Source: Paragordius varius
Lineage: Eukaryota > Animalia > Nematomorpha
Assembly (NCBI GenBank): GCA_964247055.1
Contig: OZ176056.1
Span: forward strand, 5,828,001 to 5,892,000
DNA length: 64,000 nt
Direction of reading: 5' to 3'
The notes below the pieces were generated by a model, which had not been told where the DNA came from, made no database searches, and worked only from the letters and a program-made list of their open reading frames with translations. Both the position numbers and the translations under genes were made by a program. The number at the start of each line of letters is the position of its first letter. The stretch's first letter is position 1. This document shows, piece after piece, positions 1 through 13,300 of this stretch.

Positions 1-1470
1 AACGCTTTAATTACTTACTGGATCTAATGCGGTTTCTTTTCGAATATCATCTCTGCTTAACCGCACGTTATGACAATTCAAAATCTCAGATATCTGGTAA
101 CCACATAATCTTCATCGTAGGCAACGATCTCGTTAATCGGTTATCTCGGTAAATAATCAGCTCTATTTTGAGCCCCCTTTTGATGAATTATTTCAAAGTC
201 GTATTCATTTATCATATTAATCCATCTTATTACTTTAGTATGAATTTTTTTTATATTTTGATCTGTACTAAGGGTAAATGGTCAGTAAATATTATGAATT
301 TTCTACCATATACGATGAAACTTTCTTAAAGCAAAAAATATTGCTTTCGATTCCTTCTCAATAGTGGAATAATTCCTTTCGGCGTTGCAACACTTTTGTG
401 AGGCATATGCGATCGGTATCCTTTCACTATTAACCTCATGACTTAAAATAACTCGAATCCTAAATCTGACGCATCAATTTCTATTATCAATTTCCTATTC
501 GGGTTATATGGTGTTAAAAACACTTTTCGCTTAACAAATTCTTAGCTGCAAACCAGCTTTTCTCATGTTTATCGGTCCAAGATCATCTCGTATTTTTACT
601 AGGTAACTCATTTAAGGGACCGATCATTTATTTTGGTATAAAACGTTCATGAAACGTCAAAAAACCTAAAAAACCACGTAATAACTTTTTATCTACCGGC
701 CTTTTTAGTTTTTTAATTGCCTTGATTTTGCTTTTACATGGGTTTATACCCTTTTCGGTTCAAACCTTAAATAATTTACTGATTCTGCACCTATCATTAT
801 TTTATCTTGTCTTAATTTGAACGGCTTTATCAAGACGACTTAATACGTTATTTAAATTGTTAAAGTGCTCATTTTCCGTCCTACCAGTCACTAGGAGGTC
901 ATTAAAATACGCAAACTCCCGGTCTTTCAGCCAGCACCTGTTCCATCACCCGTTGAAAGATGATGGGTGCCGTGGCCAGTCCAAACGGCATGCGTTTGTA
1001 TCTAAAATAAGTTTATGTGTTGAGATAGTTAACAAATCTTGCCACTCCTCTGCCACTGGCATTTGGAGGTAAGCATTTTTTAAATCAATATGTGAGACCT
1101 TCGCTTATTTTCGACAACTCGTCAAACGTGGGGTTATATAAGAGTCTTCTTGCAACCACTTATTAATCGTTACCCGAAAATCACTGCATATGTTTAATTC
1201 GCCATTCGGTTTAAGTACATTAACCGTAGGCGTGGCCCATGTCACAGGTGTTATGTTAGGATCAACTGGTTCTAAAAGCCTAACTTTTCTAGCCTCGTCA
1301 GCTCTTTCTCCATCTTTTCTCTCAATGGAAAAGGCATCCGACATGATAATGCTTTCGGGATCGCATTCGCTGCAATGGAATTTTTACAGGGTCTTTATAA
1401 CACCCCTGCTTATTTTCGAATAAGTTTTTATAATTTTCGAAAATCTCATTTAATTTTAAATAATAATTTT
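1..1470 (-). mobile_element. Degenerate Ty3/Gypsy LTR-retrotransposon pol fragment (RT - RNase H - linker), truncated by the window edge
   Basis: The minus strand gives the RT N-terminal motif VTWATPTVNVLKPNGELNICSDFRVTIN (ORF 1105-1344). It also gives a decayed catalytic motif AYFNDLLVTG (~885-915), an RNase H end VIRWINMINEYDFEIIHQ..ADYL (~150-240) and LSRDDIRKETALDP (~20-60). Frameshifts and stops occur throughout. Confidence 0.9.
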
Positions 1471-1989
1471 AATTTAACCCTTTAACTCTCCAACTTTTTA
1501 CATTCATGTTTGTTATTCTATAATTTGTGATTTTAGGCTCTCAATCAAACAAATTTTTCGCATTAATTACAAAATTAAATAATTTAAAAAGCTATTAAAA
1601 AAATATTTTGATTTGTGCCCTGTTTTATCAAGGTAATTACACGATAATTGTTTTACCAAAAATTACCAAATTAAAAAACCACCTATATTTTTATTATTTA
1701 TATTTAAATATAATACGTTAAACAAAAAATGGCAAATCTTAAAAAGATAAACAATTTAACCGATAATTAAAAATAATGTAGTGGAAACGGTATATAATTA
1801 AATATTTATAAAAAAAACTACATGTTTGCCGTTCGTCTGTGTCACCCCACACAAGGACATCACAAATATAAAGGCATAAATATTGCATAAAACGTTAGGG
1901 TTGTCTAGAACCATTCAACATTAAATTATTATCAAAGGACATGATGGCTAAATTTATATAAAACATTAAAATTTCAGTCAAAAAATGCA

Positions 1990-2222
1990 TTAATATTACG
2001 ATCATGTATCCTTTATTTTATCAAAAATTTATTTTTTTCATTGAATGGGTAATATTTGGTATAGAATAGAAAAAACACGAGCTCTATGTTGATTATACTT
2101 TTGATGAATATGATATTGGTACAATAGAGCTCTTGCTTTTTCCATTCTTTACCAAATATTTATCCCCATTTAAACAAAAAAAATAAATTTTTGATAAAAT
2201 TAAGGATACATGACTGTAATTA
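1990..2222. repeat. Foldback (palindromic) MITE-like element
   Basis: Arms 1990-2087 and 2124-2222 are reverse complements of each other, e.g. catgtatcctttattttatcaaaaatttattttttt vs aaaaaaataaatttttgataaaattaaggatacatg, and gagctctat vs atagagctc. The spacer is ~36 nt. Confidence 0.8.
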
Positions 2223-2633
2223 ATATTCCAGTTTATAATGTACTGCTTAGGTTATTTGATAATAATTTTATATATTACATTTAAAGGATAATATGTCAAA
2301 ATACATAGAAAAACTATATTTTAAAATATTCATATTTCATAGGTTATTATATGTCCCTTTAACATACTGTATTGTAAGTTAACCGATTGATTCATTTACA
2401 TATATAATGTATAATAGTTCTAATAATTTGAAAAAATTTGTAGAAAAGGTAGTTGTCATGTAAATACTTGTAACAGACCAAATAATTATATAATCGAATC
2501 GAACTCCATTCATATAACATATATTCAATTTGTCAAAAAAACTTTTAATAATAATTTGAAATAGTTTTCCTCACACAAGTTTTATAAAACCAAATTTTTT
2601 ATTATATTTCGTTGTAAAAAATATTTTATCGCC

Positions 2634-5600
2634 ATGACTAAATTTGGAATATTCGTTTTTTTAGCCTGCTTATGTATGTTATTCGTAGATTGTCAGGGTA
2701 AAAGACATTTTATAAAATGTTTGGGGTTCCCAGGCCCAGCCGTATGCGGCCCTATAAAAATGTTATTCAGCCCACGAGATAATGATAGAAAACTCTATGA
2801 CATTTAAATAAATTCTTTATTAATAAAATTGTCTTAATAAATCTTTCCGCGGCAATAAACTAGAAAAACTCTTAAAATATATAGCCTTTTTTACAGTTTA
2901 ATGTTTGAAATCTAAATAAACATTTATAAAAGCCCATATGTTTCGTGAATGCTGCCCGCCGGGTTTTAGAAAATGCGCCGCGAAGCCACTTATGTTGGAT
3001 ACCCGTGATATAAAGCAAATAAACCGAAAAAATTTTAATAGCCAATTATAAAAATATATTTTTTTATTAATCAATTTTTCAAGAAAATCTAATATTTATT
3101 TTAAGATGAGCCAAATACTTAGACATTATAAATAAATTATTTTGTAGTATTTTAAACATATTAATTAATGTAAAATTTGAGAATGTTTTAAAAAGCTAGT
3201 TTTAATTTTTTGCGATATAAAACATCCGATTAAACAATCGACATTTGATAAAAAGCTTTTTTAATATGTAAACTTGTTCTTTATGCTATATATAATTTTC
3301 TATTTTATTATAAAAATAATTAGAATTAAATCACAGTTTTATTATATGCATATCAGAAAATTTTGTCAAATCTACATTAATATGGCACATTAGGGTAAAA
3401 TGATGATTGCTTTCATTGACAATACTAGCGTAAATCTCGTGCTGCTACGGAGCACGAAAAAGTCCTTCGAACTTCTGGGGGGGTTTGAAGTTTGGATTTG
3501 AATGGGTCTACCGGTTTTCCGGAAAGTTACATGAGGAATCAGTATTTAGCGGGTAGCTCCTTACCCAGCAGCTATCATCAAAGAAACGGACTAAAATTTT
3601 TGCCTTTCAACAGGGAATACGTGGAATCCATAATGAATTTCGGTCTCATACCTAGGGCGAAAAATAGATTTAAAAAATTATTTTTGTGGAGTTTGTTTTT
3701 TGAAAAAATTGGCATTTTAAGGGGGTAGCGGGTAAAAAGAGGGCCTAAATCAAAAATGTGAGTCGACGATGTTCGGCGCGATCAAAAATAAGTAAACAAA
3801 AATCATATTTGAAATTGAATGGTCCAACACGTTCTCCAAAAAATTGATTTAACCCATTTTTCACGGGGTAGGCCCGAACTGGGGACCTAATTCCAAAAAA
3901 GGGCGAAGCTATTGTCGGGACATTTATTAATGATTATATTTTTTCGATATTTGGATTTGATTGGGTTCACCGGTTTTCCGGAAACAGATCACAAAGTTAC
4001 ATGAGGAATCAGTTTTTAGCGGGTAGCTCCTTACCCATCAGCTATCATAAAACGCCTGGCTAAAATTTTTGCCTTTTAACAGGGAATACGTGGAATCCAT
4101 ATTGAATTTTACGGTCTCATACCTAGGGCGAAAAATAGATTTAAAAAATTATTTTTGTGGACTTTGTTTTTTGAAAAAAATGGCATTTTAAGTGGGTAGC
4201 GGGTAAAAAGAGGGCCAAAATCAAAAATGTGAGTCGACGATGTTCGGCGCGATCAAAAATAAGTAAACAAAAATCATATTTGAAATTGAATGGTCCAACA
4301 CGTTCTCCAAAAAATTGATTTAACCCATTTTTCACGGGGTAGGCCCGAACTGGGGACCTAATTCCAAAAAAGGGCGAAGCTATTGTCGGGACATTTATTA
4401 ATGATTATATTTTTTCGATATTTGGATTTGATTGGGTTCACCGGTTTTCCGGAAACAGATCACAAAGTTACATGAGGAATCAGTTTTTAGCGGGTAGCTC
4501 CTTACCCAGCATCATCAAAGAAACGCGTGACTAAAATTTTTGCCTTTTAACAAAGAATACGTGGAATCCATATTGAATTTTACGGTCTCATACCTAGGGC
4601 GAAAAATAGATTTAAAAAATTATTTTTGTGGACTTTATTTTTTAAAAAAGGTGGCATTTTACGGGGGGAGCAGGGAAAAAGAGGGCCTAAGTTAAAAAGC
4701 GAGACGACTATGTTCGGCGCAATCGATTTATAAATAAAAAAAATCATATTTGAAATTGAATGGTCCAACACGTTCTCCGGAAAATTGTCTCAAAGACACG
4801 ATTTGTGTGGACTTCTGTTTTAAAAAAAAACGTTTTTCACACGGGGTGGGCCCGAATTGGGGGCCTATTTCAAAAAAAGGGCGAAGTTAGTGTCGGGGCA
4901 TTCATTAATGATTATATTTTTTCGTAGTTTAGATTTGAATGGGTCTACCGGTTTTCCTGTACCAGATCACAAAGCCAGCATTTTCCATTTTTATAAATAT
5001 AAAGATTATGATTAAAATTTTAGCCATTTGATTTATAAATAAAAATTTTACAAAATTTGTGAGATTTAATTTCTTTATATGACCAGTTATGTGTGGGTGC
5101 CAATCCTGCTTTATTCCAAAATTTTAAAATCTATAAAAAAGGCTCAAATCAAAAAATGCTACGAAAATTATATATATATACACTGTGTGCAATAAATTTT
5201 TTTTTCATGAGATACTATCACCAGCGTATTCATTTGTCGCAAAAATTGTTGACAACCTAGTTTTTGAAATATTGAGAGAAAATCGAAATCGGCAAAAAGT
5301 GAAAATTAAGGATAATTAGGGATAATTCAAAAAATAATTATAAAGTGTTTATTATCATTTTAGGAGATGATTTCAATATATAAATAGCCTAAACTCATAT
5401 AGTTAGGATGTCTAAAAATTTCAGGTCAAAAATGGCGTTTTTCTTTTATCACACTTGAAACTATATTAAAATAATTTTTTTGATTTACTACCGAAACTCA
5501 CTATTAAAATCTTAACATATATATTTTATTCAGGAAATAAAACTAAAAATATTGTTTTTTATTTTTGTATTTTTTGTCATCTGGTTTATGAGTGTATAAA

Positions 5601-7063
5601 AAATTTATACTATTTTATTTTCGATTCTTACATGAGTGGGAAGTATTAAGTATATAATTTATGCAAAATAGGTTTTTAGTGGAATATCAACCAACAATCC
5701 GTACAAATCCCAATACAAATATTAATTTGCCATGAAACAGACTTGTTACAAGAAATTGTAAGGATTGTTGATTGATATCCACTAATTTTCAATCCTATTT
5801 TGCATAAATTATATAATTAATAATTCCCCTTATGTAAGAATCCAAAATAAAATAGTAAAATTTTTTTATACACTCATAAAACAGATGATAAAAAAATGCA
5901 AAAATCAAAAACAATATTTTTGGTTTTATTTTGATATAGAAGTTTATTTTCCTGAATAAAATATGAATGTTAAGATTTTAATAGTGAGTTTAGGTAGTAG
6001 ATAATTAAAAAAAATTATTTTATATAGTTTCATTTTTGTCTTTTAAGTGTGCTAAAAGAAAAACGCCATCTTTTGACCTGGAATTTTATAGAAACCTAAT
6101 GATCTTAAGCTCTTTATATATCGATATTTCCTAAAATTATAATAAACGATAATGTTTCAGATTTTATCATTATTTTTTGAATTATCCTTAATTATCCATA
6201 ATTTTCGCTTTTTGCCCGATTTCGATTTTCTCTCAATATTTCATAGGTTGTCAACAAATAAAAATTTTTGCGGAAAATGAATACGCTGGTCATAAGCTAT
6301 CCTATGAAAAAAAAATTATCGTTAAATCAAAATGACCCTCTTTTTTGCACACAGTGTATGTATATATATATATCATATACACAATATTAGTTCGAAGTGG
6401 TAGTGTGGCTGAATTAAAGGAGCTGGAAAGAAAATTTTATGAATTGCAACGTGAACAAACCAAATATATAAATCTGCATGGTAAATATTATTTTTGTTGA
6501 AAATCCCCGATTTAAAATTATTCACAAATTTAAGACTTCGATTCTAATATTAAAATTTGATTCAAAAGTTGAACAGTATTTAGGTTTCGACAATTATTAT
6601 CATTCATAAGTTTTTCGTATTTAAAATTCTGTGTTATCGATAAATTTATCAGTTTATTCGTGAAAAACTGATTCAATTAGTATAAAAAAGAAAAAAAATT
6701 CAGTTTATGTGAGAAAAATGCACATGCAAATTTTATTCGGGGACGTATTTTTTAATTGCAAGAGATGTTTAAAAGGTTTTTTAGGGTTTCATTTTTTAAT
6801 TATTTTTACATTGGCCTTTTATGAGCTGGGTACAACTTTTTTCGACAAATTTAACAAATGTCAGCCAGAAAAACTATAAAAAAATAGTGATATTTCTTTG
6901 GTACAAGAAATTATTTGTTTTAAATTCCCACACATTTTTTTAAGGTATCAAAGAATTTTGCAAGCAAAAATGTGATGATTATCAGTATAGTCGATGTGGT
7001 GAATGCAAGGAATATTTGGATCAAATTTATGGTACTAATCCACCAACTTTATCCCCACAATAG
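2634..7063 (+). CDS. Small secreted cysteine-containing protein, 90 aa; join(2634..2697,6391..6480,6945..7063)
   Basis: The ATG sits in an ATCGCCATG context. Both introns are GT-AG and phase 1 (G|gtaaaa..attag|TT and G|gtaaat..ttaag|GT). The spliced frame is open to TAG at 7061-7063, with AATAAA just downstream (~7076). Protein: MTKFGIFVFLACLCMLFVDCQVRSGSVAELKELERKFYELQREQTKYINLHGIKEFCKQKCDDYQYSRCGECKEYLDQIYGTNPPTLSPQ. The N-terminus is a typical hydrophobic signal peptide. Confidence 0.75.
2720..3007. mobile_element. Decayed hAT-type MITE remnant
   Basis: The GC-rich ends (ggggttcccaggccc..gcggccc / gccgcgaagccacttatgttggatacccgtg) resemble those at 9311-9567, ~12455-12490 and ~57770-57990. 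No clear TSD. Confidence 0.4.
3425..5005 (-). mobile_element. Non-autonomous Helitron with internal tandem repeats
   Basis: On the minus strand it starts A|TC (5006/5005) and ends CTAG|T (3428-3425/3424). A hairpin TCGTGCT-7nt-AGCACGA (3437-3457) lies 8 nt before the CTAG. These are canonical Helitron termini at an A^T insertion site. The 5' ~500 bp are shared with 44830-45322. Confidence 0.85.
3492..4980. repeat. Tandem array of ~460-510 bp units (3 full + 1 partial) inside the Helitron
   Basis: The unit start tt(g/a)gatttga..gggt..accggttttcc recurs at 3492, 3951, 4422 and 4929. Units are nearly identical apart from small indels. Confidence 0.95.
5181..6356. mobile_element. Large foldback MITE (~1.18 kb), TA target site
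   Basis: Termini are TA|CACTGTGTGCAA ... TTGCACACAGTG|TA. Arms ~5181-5700 and ~5762-6356 are reverse complements over most of their length. A second copy lies at 15384-16637. Confidence 0.9.
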
Positions 7064-7387
7064 ATATATATGTGAAATAAATAATAAATTTATTATTATA
7101 AAAACAAATAAATGTGTTAATTTTTAATTACATCAATATGAAAATGCTGCAATAATGATTTTTTAGTAAAATAACGAAAGAACTAAAATGTGTGAAATGA
7201 TTATACTTTAAAGATATATCTATACATATTTATATAAACTTAAATAAGTAACATGACTTTCGTTGGTTATTTCATGATAAATAGCGGCTTTAACTGATTT
7301 TCTAGGAATCTACAAGAATGAGCTATAACATTCTAAAATTTTTTAAAAATTGTAAAATAAATGGGTATTAATCTCAATTTTAGGAAA

Positions 7388-10300
7388 TTATAAATCAAAT
7401 AAATTGATTGGGACAGATTCAAGCTTTATATCATCAAACTTTTCCAATGACCCATAGATTTGGTTTAAGGTTTTTTGGTTACGGAAATAGGCATAATCTT
7501 CGTAAACTGAAACACACAATGGTGTTTGAGCCAACAACCGAACATAATGATGTAATAAATGAAATCTAGATTGGGTACAATTAAATTTATTAAGATTATA
7601 GGAAAATGTGATTTCAAATTAATTTTATTCTAAATTACCATTTATACACTTTAAGTCCCCTAACTTAGCATATTTCTTTTTAATATTAATTTAAGATTCC
7701 TAATTAATTAAACATTGAAACATTTCTCATATTCGATTAAATCATATATATCATTCTGGGATAAATTTCATATAGGATTAATTTTTTGCTAAATTATATA
7801 ATTTTTTATAAAAATTTATTTTTTTGCTAAGTGCTGTGTTAAAATAATAAATATATTTTTCTCACGACTAAAAAAATATTAAATTTTTTTTATTTAATTT
7901 AATCAAAATATGTTAAATAGGAAAATAGAAATAATAAATATTATATACAGTAAAATTTAAATTATACGGACAAAATGTACATTATAAAGACAATTATTTT
8001 AAAGGACAACTATACTTTCTACTTGAATTTTTAAAATATTACAGATTTTTTTAAAAGTATGGTTGTCTTTTAGAAAAAAAATTTGTCCTTATATTTTTAC
8101 GTTTTATCCGTAGAATTTAAATTTTTAATGTTAGTTTACTTTAATAAAAAGTTATTTAATAGAAATTTTGATATAGAGTAAAATTAATTAAGGAGATTTT
8201 AAGGGTAAAATTGGAAATAAAAAAATAAACTTACCTAAATAGCTGTATTATGAAGGCCCTAACCATATCGATAGAGGTGATATTATTCACATTACTACAA
8301 GATTCATCTATATGACAAAAATGATCGGCATCATTTATAGCTTTATATTTGGTACCATTACGATTGTTGTGAATGACTTCCCCTTTAATAATATGCGCGT
8401 TGGTAATATTATGATTTGGGGCAAAATTGATTGCTGAACCCTTTAAACAAAACGTTTTTTTAATTTTTGAAAATAATGCTAGGATTGAATTTATATTCCG
8501 AATGGTTACATCATCCCAACCTTGACTGTGGAAACAAAGGAGTTTGCGCAAAAAATCATTAACATAACCTATTGTAGAATAGAAATATTGTGACTCTAAA
8601 TATTATTCTAGTCAAAAGTAAAATTACATAAAGAAAGTAAAAGATATATATGTTAGGACAATTATATTTTGCTAAATATTAATTTTTTAACCAATTGTTT
8701 TGGTGTTTTGCTATAAATTGGTCACCTATTATAATTTTAAAATCAAAATAATCAAGGATAAAAAAATGTGTTTCATAAAAAAGTATTATCGTTTTAACAT
8801 TTTATCATTAAAATTCACTTTTTCTTTGAATTAAAAATGTAAAATGGTGTAAAATATAACCCAAGAAAGTCCATAGGTTTTCATCCTTGGAAGAGTCAAA
8901 AAATTTTGAACGAGGATACCTTCGATATGCCATAAAAAAGCGTTCCATATAACTGAGTAAACCATCGTTAGGATTGCAAATTAGTATGATTATTTGAGTG
9001 TTTAGCTAAATATAAAAAATTTTAAAGCTAAAATAAAATTTTGAATTAAATCGTTTGAGAAAGAGCTTAAATTGTTATTATTATTAAATATGTGCTGTTA
9101 AAATAAGAGAAAATAATGTTAAAAAGTGTGTTTAATAAAAACTATTTGGCCCTAAAATAATTTTTTTGACTAAAAATCCTTATACTACAATTAAAAATGT
9201 TTGAATCTTTTAATAAAATAATTTGTTTTTACATTTATCCATACGCAATATTTCGCATTGAAGCAATAATGTATATTGTATGCTCATTTAATAATAACAT
9301 TAGTCTAAAGGAGGGATGCCCAACATAAATGGTTTCGCAGGCCGCATTTGAAATTTATATATGGGCATTAATTTACAATTTATTTTATTTTAAAAATATA
9401 AAATTCATATACATTGCAATTTTTTCTGATTCTCGCCGATTGGTTAGAATTGGGTAAGAAATATTAATTTTAATTAAATTTTATTGGCTTATTTGGAAAT
9501 TATAGATTTCCATAATTTTCGCGGGCCGCACATAAAGTTTCATAGAACCGCCTTTTAGACACTCCTAGTCTAATAAAGTATTAAACTTTGCATCGCAAAT
9601 ACTTTTAAAAAACTAATTTTGTTTAAATAAATTGAGTTGGTTGAACATATTAAGTCAAATCTTATTTTAAGTAACAACAAAATATAATATACGGTTTATA
9701 TCCAATTTATTTTGCAAACATAAATTCTAAAAAGTACATTTTTTCTATTTTTCAAATTATTTAAATGGTAATTTAAAAAAATATATTTCTATATTTTTTG
9801 ATTAAATACCAAATATAATTAGTATGGACAATAAATTATTTACATTTTTAATGTTCACATCATATTCGTTAGGATTATTTCCTTTGAATTTTGCCAGGAA
9901 CCCAATCTTTTCCCGCAAAGAAGTTAAACAAACCTGATATTGTTCCAACAATATCTTTTGTTGATCATATATTTGAGTTAGGGTTAATTCGGTATTTAAG
10001 TTGGTAGAATTGTCAACTTTTTCATTTAACACATCTATATTGCAAATATTTTTGAAAGTTAACGATTGCCACAAAATAGTGCAGCTATAAAATTCTAATA
10101 ATAGATGTAAAAACTTTAATATGTAATAAATAATGTAGGATATTCACAAATATAGCAATATCTTAATTTTAAAATAACATGAATAAAAGTCTTACCATGA
10201 GATTTAATTTTGGAATTTTTGGAGATTGTGTCATATAGAGTACGAATATCTTAATTATAAAATAAAACACATAATTAATTGTACAAAAATAAATAAATAT

Positions 10301-13300
10301 AATATAAAAATTTATACCCTTGGCCAAATCAAAATTATAGGGTAGGATTTCGCTCAGAAAAACACAAAAGTCCAAAGGAGATGCTATATTCTGTGATCCA
10401 TCCTTTCGATTTCCAGGTATTTTCATTTGTCCCGCATTAAATATATTGTCAAATCTGTATTGAGTAGAAGAAAAAAAATTCATATCAAATCTTATGAAAG
10501 AAAAATGAGAAGATTATAATATATCTTAATATTTTCGCACTTAAATATACGACCAGTTAATTCATTGCGGACGTAAATGGCTTTAATATTCATAGGGGTA
10601 TCCGTAGGAGACGATGCCTTATTGGAGTAGGATAAATATATAGCTTGTAGCACACCAAGGTTTGGATGCTATAAGGTAATATTAACAAAATATTTATTTG
10701 TACCATTTAGTTAACCTAATAATTAATCGACGGTACATTACATTTCAGACCATTAAAACAATAGCAGGATGACCTGGTTCACAATTTTAATAGTAAATTG
10801 TAATGGTTTTGTAAAAAAGCATTTTATATGCCTATTTTAATTCTTTGCTTTGTATAAAATATTATACCATTTACACACCTCAAATTCATGAAGCACTTCA
10901 AATTAACCCATGATTTCAAATTCCCCGTTGAACATTCGAAATTCACCCAAAAATATATTAAGTGTTTTTTGATCTAACTAGCTCATCATTTATATGAAGT
11001 ATTTATGGCATTATCATTATTTTCTGGATGTTAATTTTAAACAATTTTTTATATTTAAATAGATGTATTACTGATTTTAAAAACAATTTTTAGGGTAAAT
11101 TCTGAAAATGTGAATTTTAAATAATCAAGGGTGAATTGAAGTGTAAATTGCATACACCGGTTAAATATTAAATAAAGAGTACTTTTCTAATTAACCAACA
11201 ATCAATATCGGCTTTATAACCATTTGCATTACGTTTACTTTAAAAACAGAAAATTAAATGGTTCTTTTATTGATGTAAATCTCTTATGGCAGAACATGAG
11301 CGATGAATTTTCCTGCTTCAAAAAAAATATTAAAATTAAAACAAAATTTTTGAAAGAATGCCAGAACATATCATTTAAAACTGTAATGACTAAGCAGAAA
11401 GCAAAGAAAAAGTCATTTGGTTGCCATATTAAAACCTACATTTAAATCTAATTTAATTAAATACATTTCAGTTAAATACATTATCAATTAATAACTACGT
11501 TTCGGCTGAAACTTAGGTGTAATTGTTAAATTTTATAAGAAACTAGAGACGCATCTGCCTAAAATAAAATTTAGGTTGAAATATCATTAATTTACGAGAA
11601 CCTTAAATTCGAATTCCAACGAATTTTCCGAGGGTAAAAGGATTGGTGTCTTCTTTAGATGACCCATGAGAGTAAAACCAGGCAATTTAAAGACGGTATA
11701 AAATGTGATGGGTTTAATTGGGCAAAACACCATTTTATACGGTATTTCTATCATAATGATATAATTATTATTAATAAAATTTCGTGTAAAATTTAAAACA
11801 TAAAATTCAATTAATATTGAATAATGTATGATTTTATCGAATTATAAATTTTTTAAGAATTCACAATTACTAGTCGAAAAACCCATGCATTTAATATTTC
11901 CAGCTTCTTATCTTTGATTGTAATATTTTTAATTGAAACTTGCATATATATTATATATTCATTCTATTTTAACGAAAAGATTAAACAGTATGCATTTTAA
12001 AGCTGGCTTATTGACATTGGAGTTAGTCAATTGACACACAGAAACAAATCCCAATAATCTTACCTATATTGATGTAAGTGTTTGTAAAGCAAAAGTAATC
12101 CACGGTACCCAAAGTTTGAATGTAATGTAAAAATTGTTCACATTCGTCAGCACATCGGATAAAAGCATAGCGTTTATAATATTTTCTATGCCGAACAAAA
12201 AAATGCATAAATTATTATTGAATCAATATACAGTATGAGTAAGTATATATTGGAAAGTAAAATATTGCCAAATAATAGTATATTAAACAAAGAGAATTAT
12301 TGACAAATAATAATAAAAAGTGAAAAAATAACGCGAAAATTGTCAAAATACATAATGGTTTTTACAATCTTATGTTTAAAATCTAATAAAATATTTGTGA
12401 ATCCCATATATTTTTCGAATGCGATCCGTCGGATTTTTCGTTCCAAAAATGCGGCCTGCGAAGCCGTTTATGTTGAAAACCCATACTAGAGCTAAATTTT
12501 ATTATTTTTTTTATAGTTTTTTTTTCAGAATCACGTGAAACGTTTATAATTAAAACTTTTGTATGAATTATGTAATTTAATAAATAAATTATAGTGCTTA
12601 TAAATTTTAAATTTTTAGTAATAGCATAAGACATTCGTATATAGGTCATGAATAAGGCAGAAAATATTGATATTTATATACAGTTTAGAGTTCCTTTTTC
12701 CTTTTAAAAGGTAGGACTTAAATTATAACCGAACTCGCCTGCTCAGGGCTGACAGCGATGATTGAAAAATTGCGTATTTCTACCTCCAGTAAAAAAAATA
12801 TTAATAACTTTATTAGAAGCTCGAATTGTCGCACAAAAGCATCATCAGGAGTTGTTTAAAAAATAAGTGGAACCAAATAAATAAATTTTAATATGTGACT
12901 AATTAATATTTTCTTTAATTGCTATAACTATAATGGATAAAGAAAAATATCACAAAGGAAATCATTACAATCTAGTAGGTGCGTGTGGAACAAATTTTAT
13001 ATAACACATATATGTATATATATTAAGGTATCTAAATAATAAAAAATATAAATATTTAATATCAATACTTTATAAAGGATTGAGAATAAAAACTGTGGGT
13101 GCATGTGCCGCCTTCTCTTCGCGACTATTAGTAGATTCTAAGGACTGTATGAATAAGGATTCTTTGGTGAGTCTGGATTTGAGCTTCTTTGATTGCTAAG
13201 ATATCTACCGAAATAGAAGGTGGTCATTGTCCAAACAATGTAAGAATATGGCTGAATGCTTCTTACATGCTCTTTAAACTTCACCTTTAAGTCTCTTTTC

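Noticed and set aside
3492-4771. ORFs 3492-3728, 4141-4335 and 4580-4771 as genes
   Set aside because: They lie within the Helitron tandem units; the frames are not kept between units and show no protein motif.
3492-4980. CRISPR-like or regulatory repeat array
   Set aside because: The units are ~460-510 bp with no unique spacers, and the context is eukaryotic and Helitron-internal.
9245-9282. TLLLQCE segment as the RUN2 LLCG exon
   Set aside because: It needs a phase-2 entry that the upstream exon does not provide; 9726-9693 fits both phases.
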